A DNA stretch of 62,717 nt, filler included, from 5 parts of 5 records of this genome joined end to end with filler, not necessarily neighbours in it, one strand, 5' to 3'; counted from the whole stretch's first letter, positions 38,960 through 48,733 are shown. Program-made: numbers and translations. Notes: generated from the letters alone by a model not told the origin.

Positions 38960-39982
38960 TTAAACCTTTGAAACACTTGGTCTATCTTGATCACCATCTC
39001 CTTTAAAAAATCTCAAATTTTTTAATGAACCTTTCTCAAAAAAAAATCTAATTTCTTTATTATCTTGCACAAATGGTTCAAAATAATTAGGTATTATTAT
39101 ATCTTTATTTTTAATATCCAAAATTTTAAAACCAGCATCTAAAATAATATTTTTATCCAATCCTTTTGAAAAAAAATCAATATATTCATGGTCATTTTTA
39201 TACATAATTTTATTTAAACTGTTTAAATGAATGTTCAATGTTGACTCATCACCATAAAAATCCACAATTCTTATACACGTCGATTTTTTATGTTTATTAA
39301 TTCTTGTAACTAATATCGATGATAAATTAGATTTCTCAAATACTCCATAAATATAATATTTATAAATTGGGTGATCAAAAAATCTTTTCTTAAAATAATT
39401 GAAATCCTTAAATGGATTTTTATACTGGTATTTTTTAAAATCAAATTTTTGCTTTAAATCATTAACATTTATTTTTTTAACCTTTTTTTTGCTATTTATT
39501 ATTATTTTTTGTTTTTTTGTTTTTTTTTTTATAATTGCTATTTTATACGAATCTAACTCTTCATTAATAATAAAATATTGACTTAATAATCCAACATTAA
39601 AACCAAGATATTTATAAATTTCTTCTGTATTTTTATTTATACCAAGAGACATAAGTGATTTATATCCTTGTTTTTTTAGAAAATTCAACAATTTTATACC
39701 CAGCATGGGTGATCCATTTAACCTAGAAACCTTCCACATCGTAGTCCAAACTGATGCATTTTTATTTGAAGAAGATTTTAAAAAACCCAATATACCATCA
39801 ATTTTATTATTTAAGTTTTTATGTATTACAAAATTAAGTAACTTTTTATTTTTATATTCATAGAGGAAGTATTTTTTATTTGAACTTAAGATATGATTTT
39901 TTTTCCACTCATTACTTATAAAATTCATTATTTCATTCGTGTCATCAATTTTTGCAATTGAAATTTTATTTGAATTTTTCAT
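38960..39982 (-). CDS. Hypothetical protein, possible GNAT-like acyltransferase
   Basis: W...HIL, IDGILGF, W..MWKV, LGIKLL, RF..HP.YKY, KGDGDQDRP; fold assignment weak. Confidence 0.4.
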   Translation of the reverse strand: MKNSNKISIAKIDDTNEIMNFISNEWKKNHILSSNKKYFLYEYKNKKLLNFVIHKNLNNKIDGILGFLKSSSNKNASVWTTMWKVSRLNGSPMLGIKLLNFLKKQGYKSLMSLGINKNTEEIYKYLGFNVGLLSQYFIINEELDSYKIAIIKKKTKKQKIIINSKKKVKKINVNDLKQKFDFKKYQYKNPFKDFNYFKKRFFDHPIYKYYIYGVFEKSNLSSILVTRINKHKKSTCIRIVDFYGDESTLNIHLNSLNKIMYKNDHEYIDFFSKGLDKNIILDAGFKILDIKNKDIIIPNYFEPFVQDNKEIRFFFEKGSLKNLRFFKGDGDQDRPSVSKV

Positions 39983-39991
39983 TTGGCAACA

Positions 39992-41866
39992 TTAAATATT
40001 CATTTCAATCATGGGAATTTTTTGGAATTTATAATCTTCAATATTTAATTGCCAAATTTCATTATGATCATCACCTGAAGTCTTGTTAAATCCTAGTTTT
40101 TTATAATGATCTTTTATAAGCCCGTTACGTTCTGTTTTATTATAATATCCAATTAACTTATCTACTCCATTATTTTTAGCATTTTGAATTATATTTTGTA
40201 GAGTGGCTATCTCTACTTTGCGACCTAAAACTCTACAGCTCATTAGCCATGTGTCAATTTCCCAAAATTTAGTATTCTTTTTGCAAATTATTACACTAAT
40301 CATTCCATTATCACCTAATTTATCTTTTAATCGAATTTGGCAGGTATGAAATTTTTTATCCTCTTCAAAATTTTTAATCTCAATCTCATTATATCTTTTT
40401 GTTGTTAAGTTAAATTGATTAGATTTATTTATTAACTGAACTATTCTAGCTCTACCAATTTTATCAAATGGTGAAAATTTTATTTCCATGTCTAATGACT
40501 TTAAATAACCATCTATATCAGAGGATTGATTCAGTATTTTAGCTCTTTTTGCATTATCTTGATAATAGGATGCTCTTTTTAAATCTTCATCAGAAAAACC
40601 AATCGATTCAAAGTATCCTGCTGCTAGTAATGTTCTGCTATACAGAGCGGCGTTATCTGGAAGTTCTGGAACAGCAACATCAGGAAGCTCCCTCCTAACC
40701 TGCATTCTCTCTGCCGGATTATCATCTAGGAAAACTATACTTTCTAATCCTAGAGAAAGTGTTTTGGCAATAGCTTTTATATTAGAAGCTTTGTCAGTCC
40801 AATTAGCTTGAAAAACTGCAATATGCTCCTCTTTTAAAAGCATATCAGGATGTTCTCTAAATGGCTTTCTAGCAATTTTATCATCATTTTTTGATGAAAC
40901 TGCCAACACTATTCCTCTTTCACGAAGTTCAAGAGCAGTCTTTTGTATATTTAAATGGGCTTCCCCAGTAGGATTTCCATTTCCAATAATTATTCCTTCA
41001 ATACCATCATCTCCAATAATTCCTCCCCAAAGAGTATTATCTAAATCAAGAATAAGACAACGACGACTTTTACCTAGTCTTGATGCTAGAATTCTACAAA
41101 TATATTCAGCATATATAGGAAGGTATTTTTGTGAAAAAGATAGCTTTCCCAAATTCCACAATGTAGGATCATGCCAATTCGATAATCCAATATTTGAAGA
41201 AATGTTTTCAATATCCAGTAAGAAAATATTATTGGATATTAATGTATCTAATCTTCTGTTAAGGTTTAAAATCAAATTCTTAAGAGTACCATATAATCTA
41301 CCTTCAAAACTACCAAATGGAGATTCGGGAATATTTGCTATATTTTGAAAAATAATTTGAGCATCAAATTTTGATCGCAAAGACTCTATAATAGATTTGA
41401 TATATAAAAAGCAATCATCAATATTTTTATTAGATAAGTTTTTGTCACCAATTTTTTTACTTAAACTTAGCTCATGGTAATCAATCGCCACTAATATAAA
41501 ATCTAATTTATGATTGTTAAATGTAGAATTTTCAGAAAATGCCTCTTGTGCTATTTGGTTAAATTTAGCTTCAATAACTTTTAGTGATATTCCATATCTT
41601 AGAGCCGTAGAAATTAAAGAAGGAACCACTAAATCTGTTGTTGAATTGCTAATAATCCCTATTTTTACTGGTATTAATGGAGTAGTTTTGTCTTTATCGT
41701 TTCTAAATTTGTTAAACTTATTATATAATCGTTTCAACTGACCTTCATCTAAAGAATATTTAGCCAGCTCTTTAAAGTCAGTAATATTAGAAGCATTTGC
41801 TAATTCTTTTGAAAATTCTTCAGGAGGTTTTTGCAACCAGAGTAAGTCTTCGAATATATTATCCAT
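39992..41866 (-). CDS. FkbH-like HAD-IIIC glyceryl transferase/phosphatase
   Basis: DLDNTLWGG, SKND, FLDDNPAER, KSNQFNLT, D.LGDNG, LMSCRV; ATG at 41866 overlaps the upstream TGA. Confidence 0.92.
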   Translation of the reverse strand: MDNIFEDLLWLQKPPEEFSKELANASNITDFKELAKYSLDEGQLKRLYNKFNKFRNDKDKTTPLIPVKIGIISNSTTDLVVPSLISTALRYGISLKVIEAKFNQIAQEAFSENSTFNNHKLDFILVAIDYHELSLSKKIGDKNLSNKNIDDCFLYIKSIIESLRSKFDAQIIFQNIANIPESPFGSFEGRLYGTLKNLILNLNRRLDTLISNNIFLLDIENISSNIGLSNWHDPTLWNLGKLSFSQKYLPIYAEYICRILASRLGKSRRCLILDLDNTLWGGIIGDDGIEGIIIGNGNPTGEAHLNIQKTALELRERGIVLAVSSKNDDKIARKPFREHPDMLLKEEHIAVFQANWTDKASNIKAIAKTLSLGLESIVFLDDNPAERMQVRRELPDVAVPELPDNAALYSRTLLAAGYFESIGFSDEDLKRASYYQDNAKRAKILNQSSDIDGYLKSLDMEIKFSPFDKIGRARIVQLINKSNQFNLTTKRYNEIEIKNFEEDKKFHTCQIRLKDKLGDNGMISVIICKKNTKFWEIDTWLMSCRVLGRKVEIATLQNIIQNAKNNGVDKLIGYYNKTERNGLIKDHYKKLGFNKTSGDDHNEIWQLNIEDYKFQKIPMIEMNI

Positions 41867-42555
41867 CAAATAATTTCATTAATAATTAATTTTGCAACAC
41901 TTTCTGGTGTTGAAATTTTTTTTTGCTTATCTAATATTTCTAAATATCTTGAGTCAAATACATCAAGCATTTTAGTTTTTGTAAAACTTGGAATCACTGT
42001 TCTAATTTTTAACCAATTAAACTCAGCAGCACAAACAGATAACATACTTTTCAATGCAGATTTTGCTATTATATAAGAACTCATACTTGTTGCTGTTTGA
42101 TCTTTTTCTGAACCCATTGCTTTTGATAAAACTCCAACAATTGTTCCCATTTTTGCCTTTAGAAAAAATTTTTTGATTAAAGCTTTGAGTAAAATTTGAT
42201 GTCCTATTACATTTATTTGAAATTGTTTTGATAAATGTTCAGTTTCAGTATGTAGAAAAGGAAGTATATCTGGTGAAGGAGAGGCACAAAAAACTGCACC
42301 AATTAATTTATCATCATTTTTAATTTGTTTATTAATAAATTGAACAGAATTATCAATTGAATTTTTTGAATATAGGTCAATTTCAACTGCAAAAGTTTTT
42401 AGTTCTTTAGCTAATTTAAAAGCTTTTTTTGAATTTGAATTAAAACCAATAATTGGCAATATATTTTTTTCAGCTAATAATCTGGATAAAGAAGCACCAA
42501 TTCCACCTGATCCTCCTGTAATTAGTATGTAAGATTTTGTGCTTAGGGTTTCCAT
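41866..42555 (-). CDS. SDR family ketoreductase (start revised to METLSTK)
   Basis: ITGGSGGIG, YIIAK (YxxxK), PSFTKTKM. Confidence 0.85.
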   Translation of the reverse strand: METLSTKSYILITGGSGGIGASLSRLLAEKNILPIIGFNSNSKKAFKLAKELKTFAVEIDLYSKNSIDNSVQFINKQIKNDDKLIGAVFCASPSPDILPFLHTETEHLSKQFQINVIGHQILLKALIKKFFLKAKMGTIVGVLSKAMGSEKDQTATSMSSYIIAKSALKSMLSVCAAEFNWLKIRTVIPSFTKTKMLDVFDSRYLEILDKQKKISTPESVAKLIINEII

Positions 42556-42959
42556 ATGGCGCTTGCCTCTCCTCTGCATAAAATATCAGAATCACGTAAA
42601 ATCTTACAATCAAATTCTAGACTATATGTTGAGGGTGATATATTTTTTAAATCAGCGACAAAGACTAAATGGTCATCAGGAAAACTTGGTTTGTTAAAAT
42701 TCATTTTTATAGAAGTTAAAATAGAATTATTATCTGGAAGTTCTTGTCCAATTAATCGTGATATTTGACTCGACAAAAGTAAACCCTGCACTAAAGGGGC
42801 ATGAAATCCTTTGGTTTTAGCAAAAGCCGTATCTATATGAATTTTATTGAAATCTTGACTTAGTTTTGAAAATACTTTCATGTTCTCAGTAGTAAATGAA
42901 AATGGCCACTCTATATGTAATCCTTCTTTATAAATTTTTATAAAATTTAAATTAGACAT
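42543..42959 (-). CDS. MaoC-like (R)-hydratase/dehydratase
   Basis: FSKLSQDFNKIHID..FA...GF..PLVQG hydratase-2 motif; F.KP. Confidence 0.85.
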   Translation of the reverse strand: MSNLNFIKIYKEGLHIEWPFSFTTENMKVFSKLSQDFNKIHIDTAFAKTKGFHAPLVQGLLLSSQISRLIGQELPDNNSILTSIKMNFNKPSFPDDHLVFVADLKNISPSTYSLEFDCKILRDSDILCRGEASAIWKP

Positions 42960-43076
42960 TTTTCTTCTTTATCACTATTAAATTGATCATTTCACCAACA
43001 TTTTTTAATTCTGTTATTTCGTTTGCAGAGAAACGAAGACGAAAAGATTTTTCTATAGCAACAATTAATCTTATAT
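42952..43076 (-). CDS. Acyl carrier protein, 5'-truncated by contig edge; not in the ORF track
   Basis: Manual translation IRLIVAIEKSFRLRFSANEITELKNVGEMINLIVIKKKNV*, the typical ACP segment after the DSL serine. Confidence 0.8.
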
Positions 43077-43176
43077 NNNNNNNNNNNNNNNNNNNNNNNN
43101 NNNNNNNNNNNNNNNNNNNNTTAATTAATTAANNNNNNNNNNNNNNNNNNNNNNNNNNNNNNNNNNNNNNNNNNNN
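43077..43176. other. Artificial contig spacer
   Basis: N-run + TTAATTAATTAA + N-run. Confidence 0.98.
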
Positions 43177-43723
43177 TTTAATGTTAGCTGAATGGGCTAA
43201 CAGAGGGTTAAATCAATGGACAATCTCGCAAGATACCCAAACGGTTACTCAAGGAACTACAGATTACACTTTAAATTCTAATATAATAGACATATTAGAC
43301 GTTGTTGTTAGAAGAACAGTTAACAGCACTCAAACAGATATTTCTATCAGTAGAGTTGGTAGGTCTGAGTATTTAAATATTCCCACTAAAACAACTCAAG
43401 GAAGGCCTTCTCAATATTTTCTTGATAAAACAATTTCACCCGTTTTAAAAGTTTGGCCAGCACCAGAAAACTCTACTGATATTTTGGTTTTTAATAAAAT
43501 TGTACGAATGGATGATGCAGATAAAGCTACTAATACTATGGACATGCCCTTTAGGTTTTATCCTTGTTTTGTTGCTGGTTTAGCATATTATTTATCTCTT
43601 AAAAGATCTCCTCAACTTACCCCGCAATTAAAAACCTTGTACGAAGAAGAATTTAGAAGAGCTGCCGATCAGGATGAAGATAGAGCTTCTTTTAGAATAC
43701 GACCAAGCATTAGGATGAATTAA
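43177..43723 (+). CDS. Phage head-tail adaptor/connector-like protein (5'-partial)
   Basis: LMLAEWANRGLNQWT, GRPSQYF, VWPAP, RFYPCFVAGLAYYL; resembles marine podovirus adaptor proteins; frame open at contig edge. Confidence 0.6.
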
Positions 43724-43724
43724 A

Positions 43725-44066
43725 ATGGCTTACGCACTTGGTAAATTTGCGATAGCACTATGCGACAGATGTTCTTTTCAGTTTAAGCTTAGTGAATTAA
43801 AAGAAGAGTGGACAGGTTTTAAAGTTTGTTCTGAATGTTATGAGCCAAAACATCCTCAATTAGAGCCACAACCACATGTTTCAGATCCTGAAGCTTTATA
43901 TAAACCAAGGCCTAATAATGATAATGAAGTTGGAGAAGGTTTTGTTGTTGTAACAAACTCTAGTATATTTCAAGATGATTTTATGAATCCTTCAATTTTG
44001 CCTTCAAACTTTACAGTTGATAAACTGACATCAACATTAGGAAACGTTACAATTACAACATCATGA
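43725..44066 (+). CDS. Phage protein with Zn-ribbon (CDRC...CSEC)
   Basis: Two CxxC pairs; EPKHPQLEP. Confidence 0.7.
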   Translation: MAYALGKFAIALCDRCSFQFKLSELKEEWTGFKVCSECYEPKHPQLEPQPHVSDPEALYKPRPNNDNEVGEGFVVVTNSSIFQDDFMNPSILPSNFTVDKLTSTLGNVTITTS

Positions 44067-44737
44067 CATTAACTGAATTAAAAACTTTAATACAAAATTA
44101 TGTAGAAAATGAAGAAACAACTTTTGTATCTACACTAAATGATTTTATTGTAAATGCTGAAGATAGATTGTTTGAATTAATACAATTAGATTATTTTAGA
44201 AAAAATGTTACTGGCAATTTAACAACAGGAAATACTTATTTAACCGCTCCATCTGATTTTTTAATGAGTTTTTCTTTGGCAATTATAGATGGTAGTAACG
44301 ACTATCATTATTTAGATAAAAAACACGCTAGTTTTATGCGCGAATATTCTAATGACGCAGAAGCAACATCAGAAAGAGGAAGGCCGTTATATTATGCAGA
44401 TTTTGACAAAGAACTCTCTACTGGTGCTGACAACGGATCTACTTTAATAGTTTCTCCAGTTCCAGACTCTAATTATACGGTTGAATTACATTATTTATAC
44501 AAACCAACAAGTTTAACTTCATCTACTACAGGAACTTGGATTTCAAATAACGCTAGAAATGCTTTACTTTATGGAGCTTTAGTAGAAGCTTATACTTTTA
44601 TGAAGGGTGATGCAGATTTAATGCAACTTTATGAAAACAGATTTAATTTAGAAGTTTTAAGATTAAAAAATCAAGCAGAGGCTAGAGGAAGAAAAGACGA
44701 ATATCGTTATGATTCTTTACGAACTTCTGTTTCGTAA
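44063..44737 (+). CDS. Phage adaptor/tail-associated structural protein
   Basis: FIVNAEDR, G.P.YYA, P.PD..Y.VELHY, LLYGALVEAY. Confidence 0.6.
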   Translation: MTLTELKTLIQNYVENEETTFVSTLNDFIVNAEDRLFELIQLDYFRKNVTGNLTTGNTYLTAPSDFLMSFSLAIIDGSNDYHYLDKKHASFMREYSNDAEATSERGRPLYYADFDKELSTGADNGSTLIVSPVPDSNYTVELHYLYKPTSLTSSTTGTWISNNARNALLYGALVEAYTFMKGDADLMQLYENRFNLEVLRLKNQAEARGRKDEYRYDSLRTSVS

Positions 44738-44750
44738 ATAAGGAGAGTAA

Positions 44751-45482
44751 ATGGAAAAAATTGACAGTCTTAAAGACAAGACAGTTGCTATTGTGGGTAT
44801 GGGAAAAAGTTGGTTTGATTACAACTTAGCAAAATCTCATGGGGTTCATTTTGATGAAGTTTGGTCAATAAATGGAGTAGCTTCTGTTATTTATCATGAC
44901 AGAGTTTTTATGATGGACCCACCTTCTAGATTTTTAGATACAGATGATGCCGGTGGTCAAACTGAAAGTATGGCTAAACTTTTAAAAGAACACAAAGGTC
45001 CAATATATACTTGTGAATTAGATGACCGTTGCCCTGGTTTAGTTGAATACCCAATTGAAAAAGTAGTAACTGAGACTAATTGTTATTATTTAAATAATAC
45101 GGTTGCTTACGCTATTGCTTTTGCGTATTGGAATGAAGTTTCAAATATTAAATTGTTTGGAGTAGATTTTTCTTACAAAGGTAATTTGCATTTTGCAGAA
45201 GCAGGCAGGGGTTGTGTTGAATTTTGGCTTTCTAAATGTGTAGAAAAAAATATACAAATAGAAGTTGCGTCTTCTAGCAGTTTATTAGATACAGATGTAC
45301 CAGCAGAGCAAAAACTATACGGTTATCATAGACTTTCAGATCCTTTAGTTGTTATGCAAGGTGAAGACACGTTAAAATTATCCAGAATGAGTGAATTAGA
45401 AATAACTAAACAATATCAACAACCTACTTTAATTGATAGGACCGATAATCATTTGCGTTCTCCAGAACCTAAAAAATGGTAG
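44751..45482 (+). CDS. Phage protein with putative CstII/Maf(DUF115)-like glycosyltransferase fold
   Basis: VAIVGMGKS...WSIN...NTVAYAIAFA...IKLFGVDFSY motif order; SD AGGAG upstream. Confidence 0.5.
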   Translation: MEKIDSLKDKTVAIVGMGKSWFDYNLAKSHGVHFDEVWSINGVASVIYHDRVFMMDPPSRFLDTDDAGGQTESMAKLLKEHKGPIYTCELDDRCPGLVEYPIEKVVTETNCYYLNNTVAYAIAFAYWNEVSNIKLFGVDFSYKGNLHFAEAGRGCVEFWLSKCVEKNIQIEVASSSSLLDTDVPAEQKLYGYHRLSDPLVVMQGEDTLKLSRMSELEITKQYQQPTLIDRTDNHLRSPEPKKW

Positions 45483-45775
45483 ATAAAATTACACCAGACG
45501 GTTTACCAGAACTAGGATTAGTAGAAGTAGCTACTTCAAAATACGGAGGACATCCTCCTGAGTTTTGGGCAGAGCAATTAACTGAAAAAATATGTGGATA
45601 TTCTGATAATAGTGAACCGCATATCAAAGAACAGGCTAGGGCTTATAAAAATTTAATTTATAGAGTGTGTTTGATTTACTTGAATAATGCTATAAAATCA
45701 TATAAAGCATCTTTAATTCAAGAATTGATACAAGGAGATGCGGAGGATTTAGCAAAAATAATAAAAGGTATTTGA
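45476..45775 (+). CDS. Phage hypothetical protein
   Basis: 99-aa ORF overlapping the upstream gene; GHPPEFWAE. Confidence 0.7.
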   Translation: MVDKITPDGLPELGLVEVATSKYGGHPPEFWAEQLTEKICGYSDNSEPHIKEQARAYKNLIYRVCLIYLNNAIKSYKASLIQELIQGDAEDLAKIIKGI

Positions 45776-45776
45776 A

Positions 45777-46202
45777 ATGGCAATCACATCTACATTAACT
45801 ACAAGTTTTAAAACAGAACTGTTAACAGCAACACATAACTTTGCTACTAACGGTAATGCTTTTAAACTTGCTCTATATACAAGTTCGGCCACATTAGGTG
45901 CAACTACTACAGCGTTTACTACAACTGGACAAGCAAGTGGTACTAATTATACTTCTGGAGGAGCTGCTTTAACTAAAGTTGCTCCAACAAGCGGAGGTAC
46001 AACAGGGTTTACAGATTTTGCAGATCTAACTTTTGGTACTGCTACTGTAACCGCTAGAGGTTGTATGATTTATAACGACACCAATAGTGATAAATCTGTA
46101 GCTACTATAGATTTTGGTGGCGATAAAACTTCAACCGCTGGAGATTTTACTATAGTTTTCCCTGCTGCGGCAGCATCTACAGCAATTATAAGAATCGCTT
46201 AA
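45777..46202 (+). CDS. Phage virion structural protein (Ala/Thr/Gly-rich)
   Basis: SFKTELL..HNF, FKLALYTSSA, DFAD, ARGCMIYN, DFGGDKTST.G.FTI.FP. Confidence 0.7.
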   Translation: MAITSTLTTSFKTELLTATHNFATNGNAFKLALYTSSATLGATTTAFTTTGQASGTNYTSGGAALTKVAPTSGGTTGFTDFADLTFGTATVTARGCMIYNDTNSDKSVATIDFGGDKTSTAGDFTIVFPAAAASTAIIRIA

Positions 46203-46213
46203 AGAGGCCTTAA

Positions 46214-46747
46214 ATGGCAAATATTAATGGTTGGGGTCGCGGAACCTGGGGGCAATTAACCTGGGGCGAACCTTTACCTGTTACACTTACAGCACCTAGC
46301 GCAGCTACATCCGCACTAGGAACAATTTCCGTTGTTGCAAAAGCAAATATAACTCCAACGGGCCAAAGTGCTACGGGTGGTATATCTGGAGTAGGTGTAA
46401 ATGGAGATGCCGTAGCTGTTTGTCCTACTGCGGTTGGTACTTTAGGATCTGTATCGGTTTTAGTAGATGGTGAAGCAAATGTAACTCCGACAGGACAAGC
46501 AGGAACTTCTGCTCTTGGAACAATAAGCCTTGTTACTAATAATAATATATCTGTTACACTAAACTCTGCTACTGGGTCCGTTGGAACAGTTACACCAGAT
46601 GCAGAAGCAAACGTTTCTCCAATAGGACAAAGCGCGACAGGATCAGTAGGAACAGTTTTGATATGGTCACGTATTGATGAAAGCCAAACTCCCAACTATA
46701 CTACTATAACAGAAACTCAAACTCCCAATTGGGAAGAAGTTGCGTAA
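46214..46747 (+). CDS. Phage tail-associated protein with GW repeats and PTGQ repeats
   Basis: GWGRGTWGQLTWG start; repeated ANVTPTGQ.AT...G.V. Confidence 0.7.
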   Translation: MANINGWGRGTWGQLTWGEPLPVTLTAPSAATSALGTISVVAKANITPTGQSATGGISGVGVNGDAVAVCPTAVGTLGSVSVLVDGEANVTPTGQAGTSALGTISLVTNNNISVTLNSATGSVGTVTPDAEANVSPIGQSATGSVGTVLIWSRIDESQTPNYTTITETQTPNWEEVA

Positions 46748-46764
46748 TAAAGAAGAGGTAAAGA

Positions 46765-48390
46765 ATGGCTAGTACATACGTAAATGATTTAAGACTAAAT
46801 GAAATGGGAACAGGTGACGCGTCAGGAACCTGGGGTACTAACACAAACGTCAATTTAGAGTTAATTGGAGAAGCCTTGGGTTTTGGAACAGAAGGTATAA
46901 CAACTAACGCAGACACACACACAAGTACCATAGCAGACGGAGCTACTGACCCAGTTAGAGCTATGTATGTTAAATACACAGGTACATTAGATTCAGCTTG
47001 TACGATTACAATTGCTCCAAACACAATAAGTAGGATGCAATTTATAGAAAATGGGACAAGCGGTTCTCAAAACATAATTATTTCACAAGGTTCTGGTGCT
47101 AACATAACCATACCTGCTGGCGATACTAAAGCAGTTTATTTAGATGGAGCAGGTAGTGGAGCAGCAGTTGTTGATGCTTTTGCTAGTCTTAATGTTGTAG
47201 ATCTTAAAGTAGAAGATGATTTAACAGTTACAGATGATCTTATAGTTAATGGTGACATAGACTTAGAGGGTGCTATTGATGTTAATGGTACAGCTAATTT
47301 AGATGTTGTAGATATTGATGGAGCTGTAGATATGGCTTCAACTTTAACTGTAGCAGGTGTTGTAGACATTACAGATACTACAGATTCTAGTGATGCGACA
47401 GGAGATACTGGAGCTTTGCGTACAGAAGGTGGTGCAAGTATAGCCAAGAAACTATACGTAGGTACTGATCTTGATGTAGATGGAACGGCCAATCTTGATG
47501 TTGTAGACATTGACGGAGCTGTTGACATGGCTACAACTCTTGCAGTTGCAGGAAATGTAGATTTTAATGGTGACCTAGATGTAGACGGTACTACAAACTT
47601 AGATGTTGTAGATATTGATGGAGCTGTGGACATGGCATCTACACTAGCAGTTGCAGGAGACATGTCGATTGCCGCAAATATAATCCACACAGGCGACACA
47701 GACACCAGTATAGGGTTTGATACCAACACAATTAATTTTACAACTGGCAATGTAAGCGGATTGCAGTTGATTAATGGTGTGAACTATATGGCAGGAACAC
47801 CGACACTACCAAGTGGAAGTGTTGAGCGCTCTTATATTTATCATAAAAACGTAGGTAACACATCTTTACATATTGGTAATCAATATGGTGCTGATGCAGC
47901 TGCAATTCATTTTGAAACTAGAAATACCGTAAGAGCATCAATAATGGGGTCGGGCGGTTTAACCTTTAACGGAGATACAGCTGCCGCAAACGCACTTGAT
48001 GACTATGAAGAAGGTTCTTGGACTCCTGTTTGTGATAATGTAACAACAAATTCATCAAGTATGTATGGTATATATACAAAGATTGGCAATATATGTCATG
48101 TACATTGTAAAATTGATGTAACAGTAGCTTCATTACCCGGTGCTCAATTTAATATAAGCGGCTTACCTTTTGCAGCTAAAGAGTCTAGTGATGCTCAACA
48201 AAGAGCAATTTTAGCTGTAGGAGGAGATATGGCTAATATGGGTTCAAATGCAACACACATGCAGTTTAGAACAAATGGCAGCGTTTTGCAGGGAGTCTGG
48301 ATTAATAGCGGAGCTACAAACACATGGACTTATAATTTACAAGACAGTACCTCATTTCAAGTGCACGTTCATGGATTTTACACAGTTTAA
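46765..48390 (+). CDS. Phage tail fibre protein
   Basis: MASTY...G..SGTWG..TN.NLELI N-terminus; three DVDGT.NLDVVDIDGAVDMA.TL.VAG repeats; NALDDYEEG.WTP...YTKIGN distal domain. Confidence 0.82.
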   Translation: MASTYVNDLRLNEMGTGDASGTWGTNTNVNLELIGEALGFGTEGITTNADTHTSTIADGATDPVRAMYVKYTGTLDSACTITIAPNTISRMQFIENGTSGSQNIIISQGSGANITIPAGDTKAVYLDGAGSGAAVVDAFASLNVVDLKVEDDLTVTDDLIVNGDIDLEGAIDVNGTANLDVVDIDGAVDMASTLTVAGVVDITDTTDSSDATGDTGALRTEGGASIAKKLYVGTDLDVDGTANLDVVDIDGAVDMATTLAVAGNVDFNGDLDVDGTTNLDVVDIDGAVDMASTLAVAGDMSIAANIIHTGDTDTSIGFDTNTINFTTGNVSGLQLINGVNYMAGTPTLPSGSVERSYIYHKNVGNTSLHIGNQYGADAAAIHFETRNTVRASIMGSGGLTFNGDTAAANALDDYEEGSWTPVCDNVTTNSSSMYGIYTKIGNICHVHCKIDVTVASLPGAQFNISGLPFAAKESSDAQQRAILAVGGDMANMGSNATHMQFRTNGSVLQGVWINSGATNTWTYNLQDSTSFQVHVHGFYTV

Positions 48391-48433
48391 TAATAATTAT
48401 GTCTAGTGGATTCTAGGCAGGGAGAAAAATAAA

Positions 48434-48718
48434 ATGGCAATAACAAAAGAAATAATTGAAGACAAAATAGAAATTGTTGGAGAACTTAAACACATACAAA
48501 TAAGAACAGCTACCGTTATCAAAGAAGATGGTACAGAGCTTACAAGGTCTTTTCATAGGCGTATATTAGATTGCGTATCATCTGAAAAGAATGAGGACGA
48601 TAGTTGGACTCATACTGATACAGATGTATCTGGAGAGTCTACAGAAGTTCAAGGTATAGCAACAGTTGTATGGACAGATGATGTTAAAGTAGCACAAAAA
48701 ACACTTAACGAAACTTAA
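48434..48718 (+). CDS. Phage protein following the tail fibre (possible chaperone)
   Basis: DKIEIVG..KHIQIRTATVIKEDG.EL.RSFHR...WT; SD GGGAG upstream. Confidence 0.7.
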   Translation: MAITKEIIEDKIEIVGELKHIQIRTATVIKEDGTELTRSFHRRILDCVSSEKNEDDSWTHTDTDVSGESTEVQGIATVVWTDDVKVAQKTLNET

Positions 48719-48733
48719 AAAGAGGTAAATAAA

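Noticed and set aside
46210-47750. Minus-strand ORFs 46210-46695, 46704-47024 and 47136-47750
   Set aside because: Antisense shadows of phage structural genes; all convincing phage genes are on the + strand
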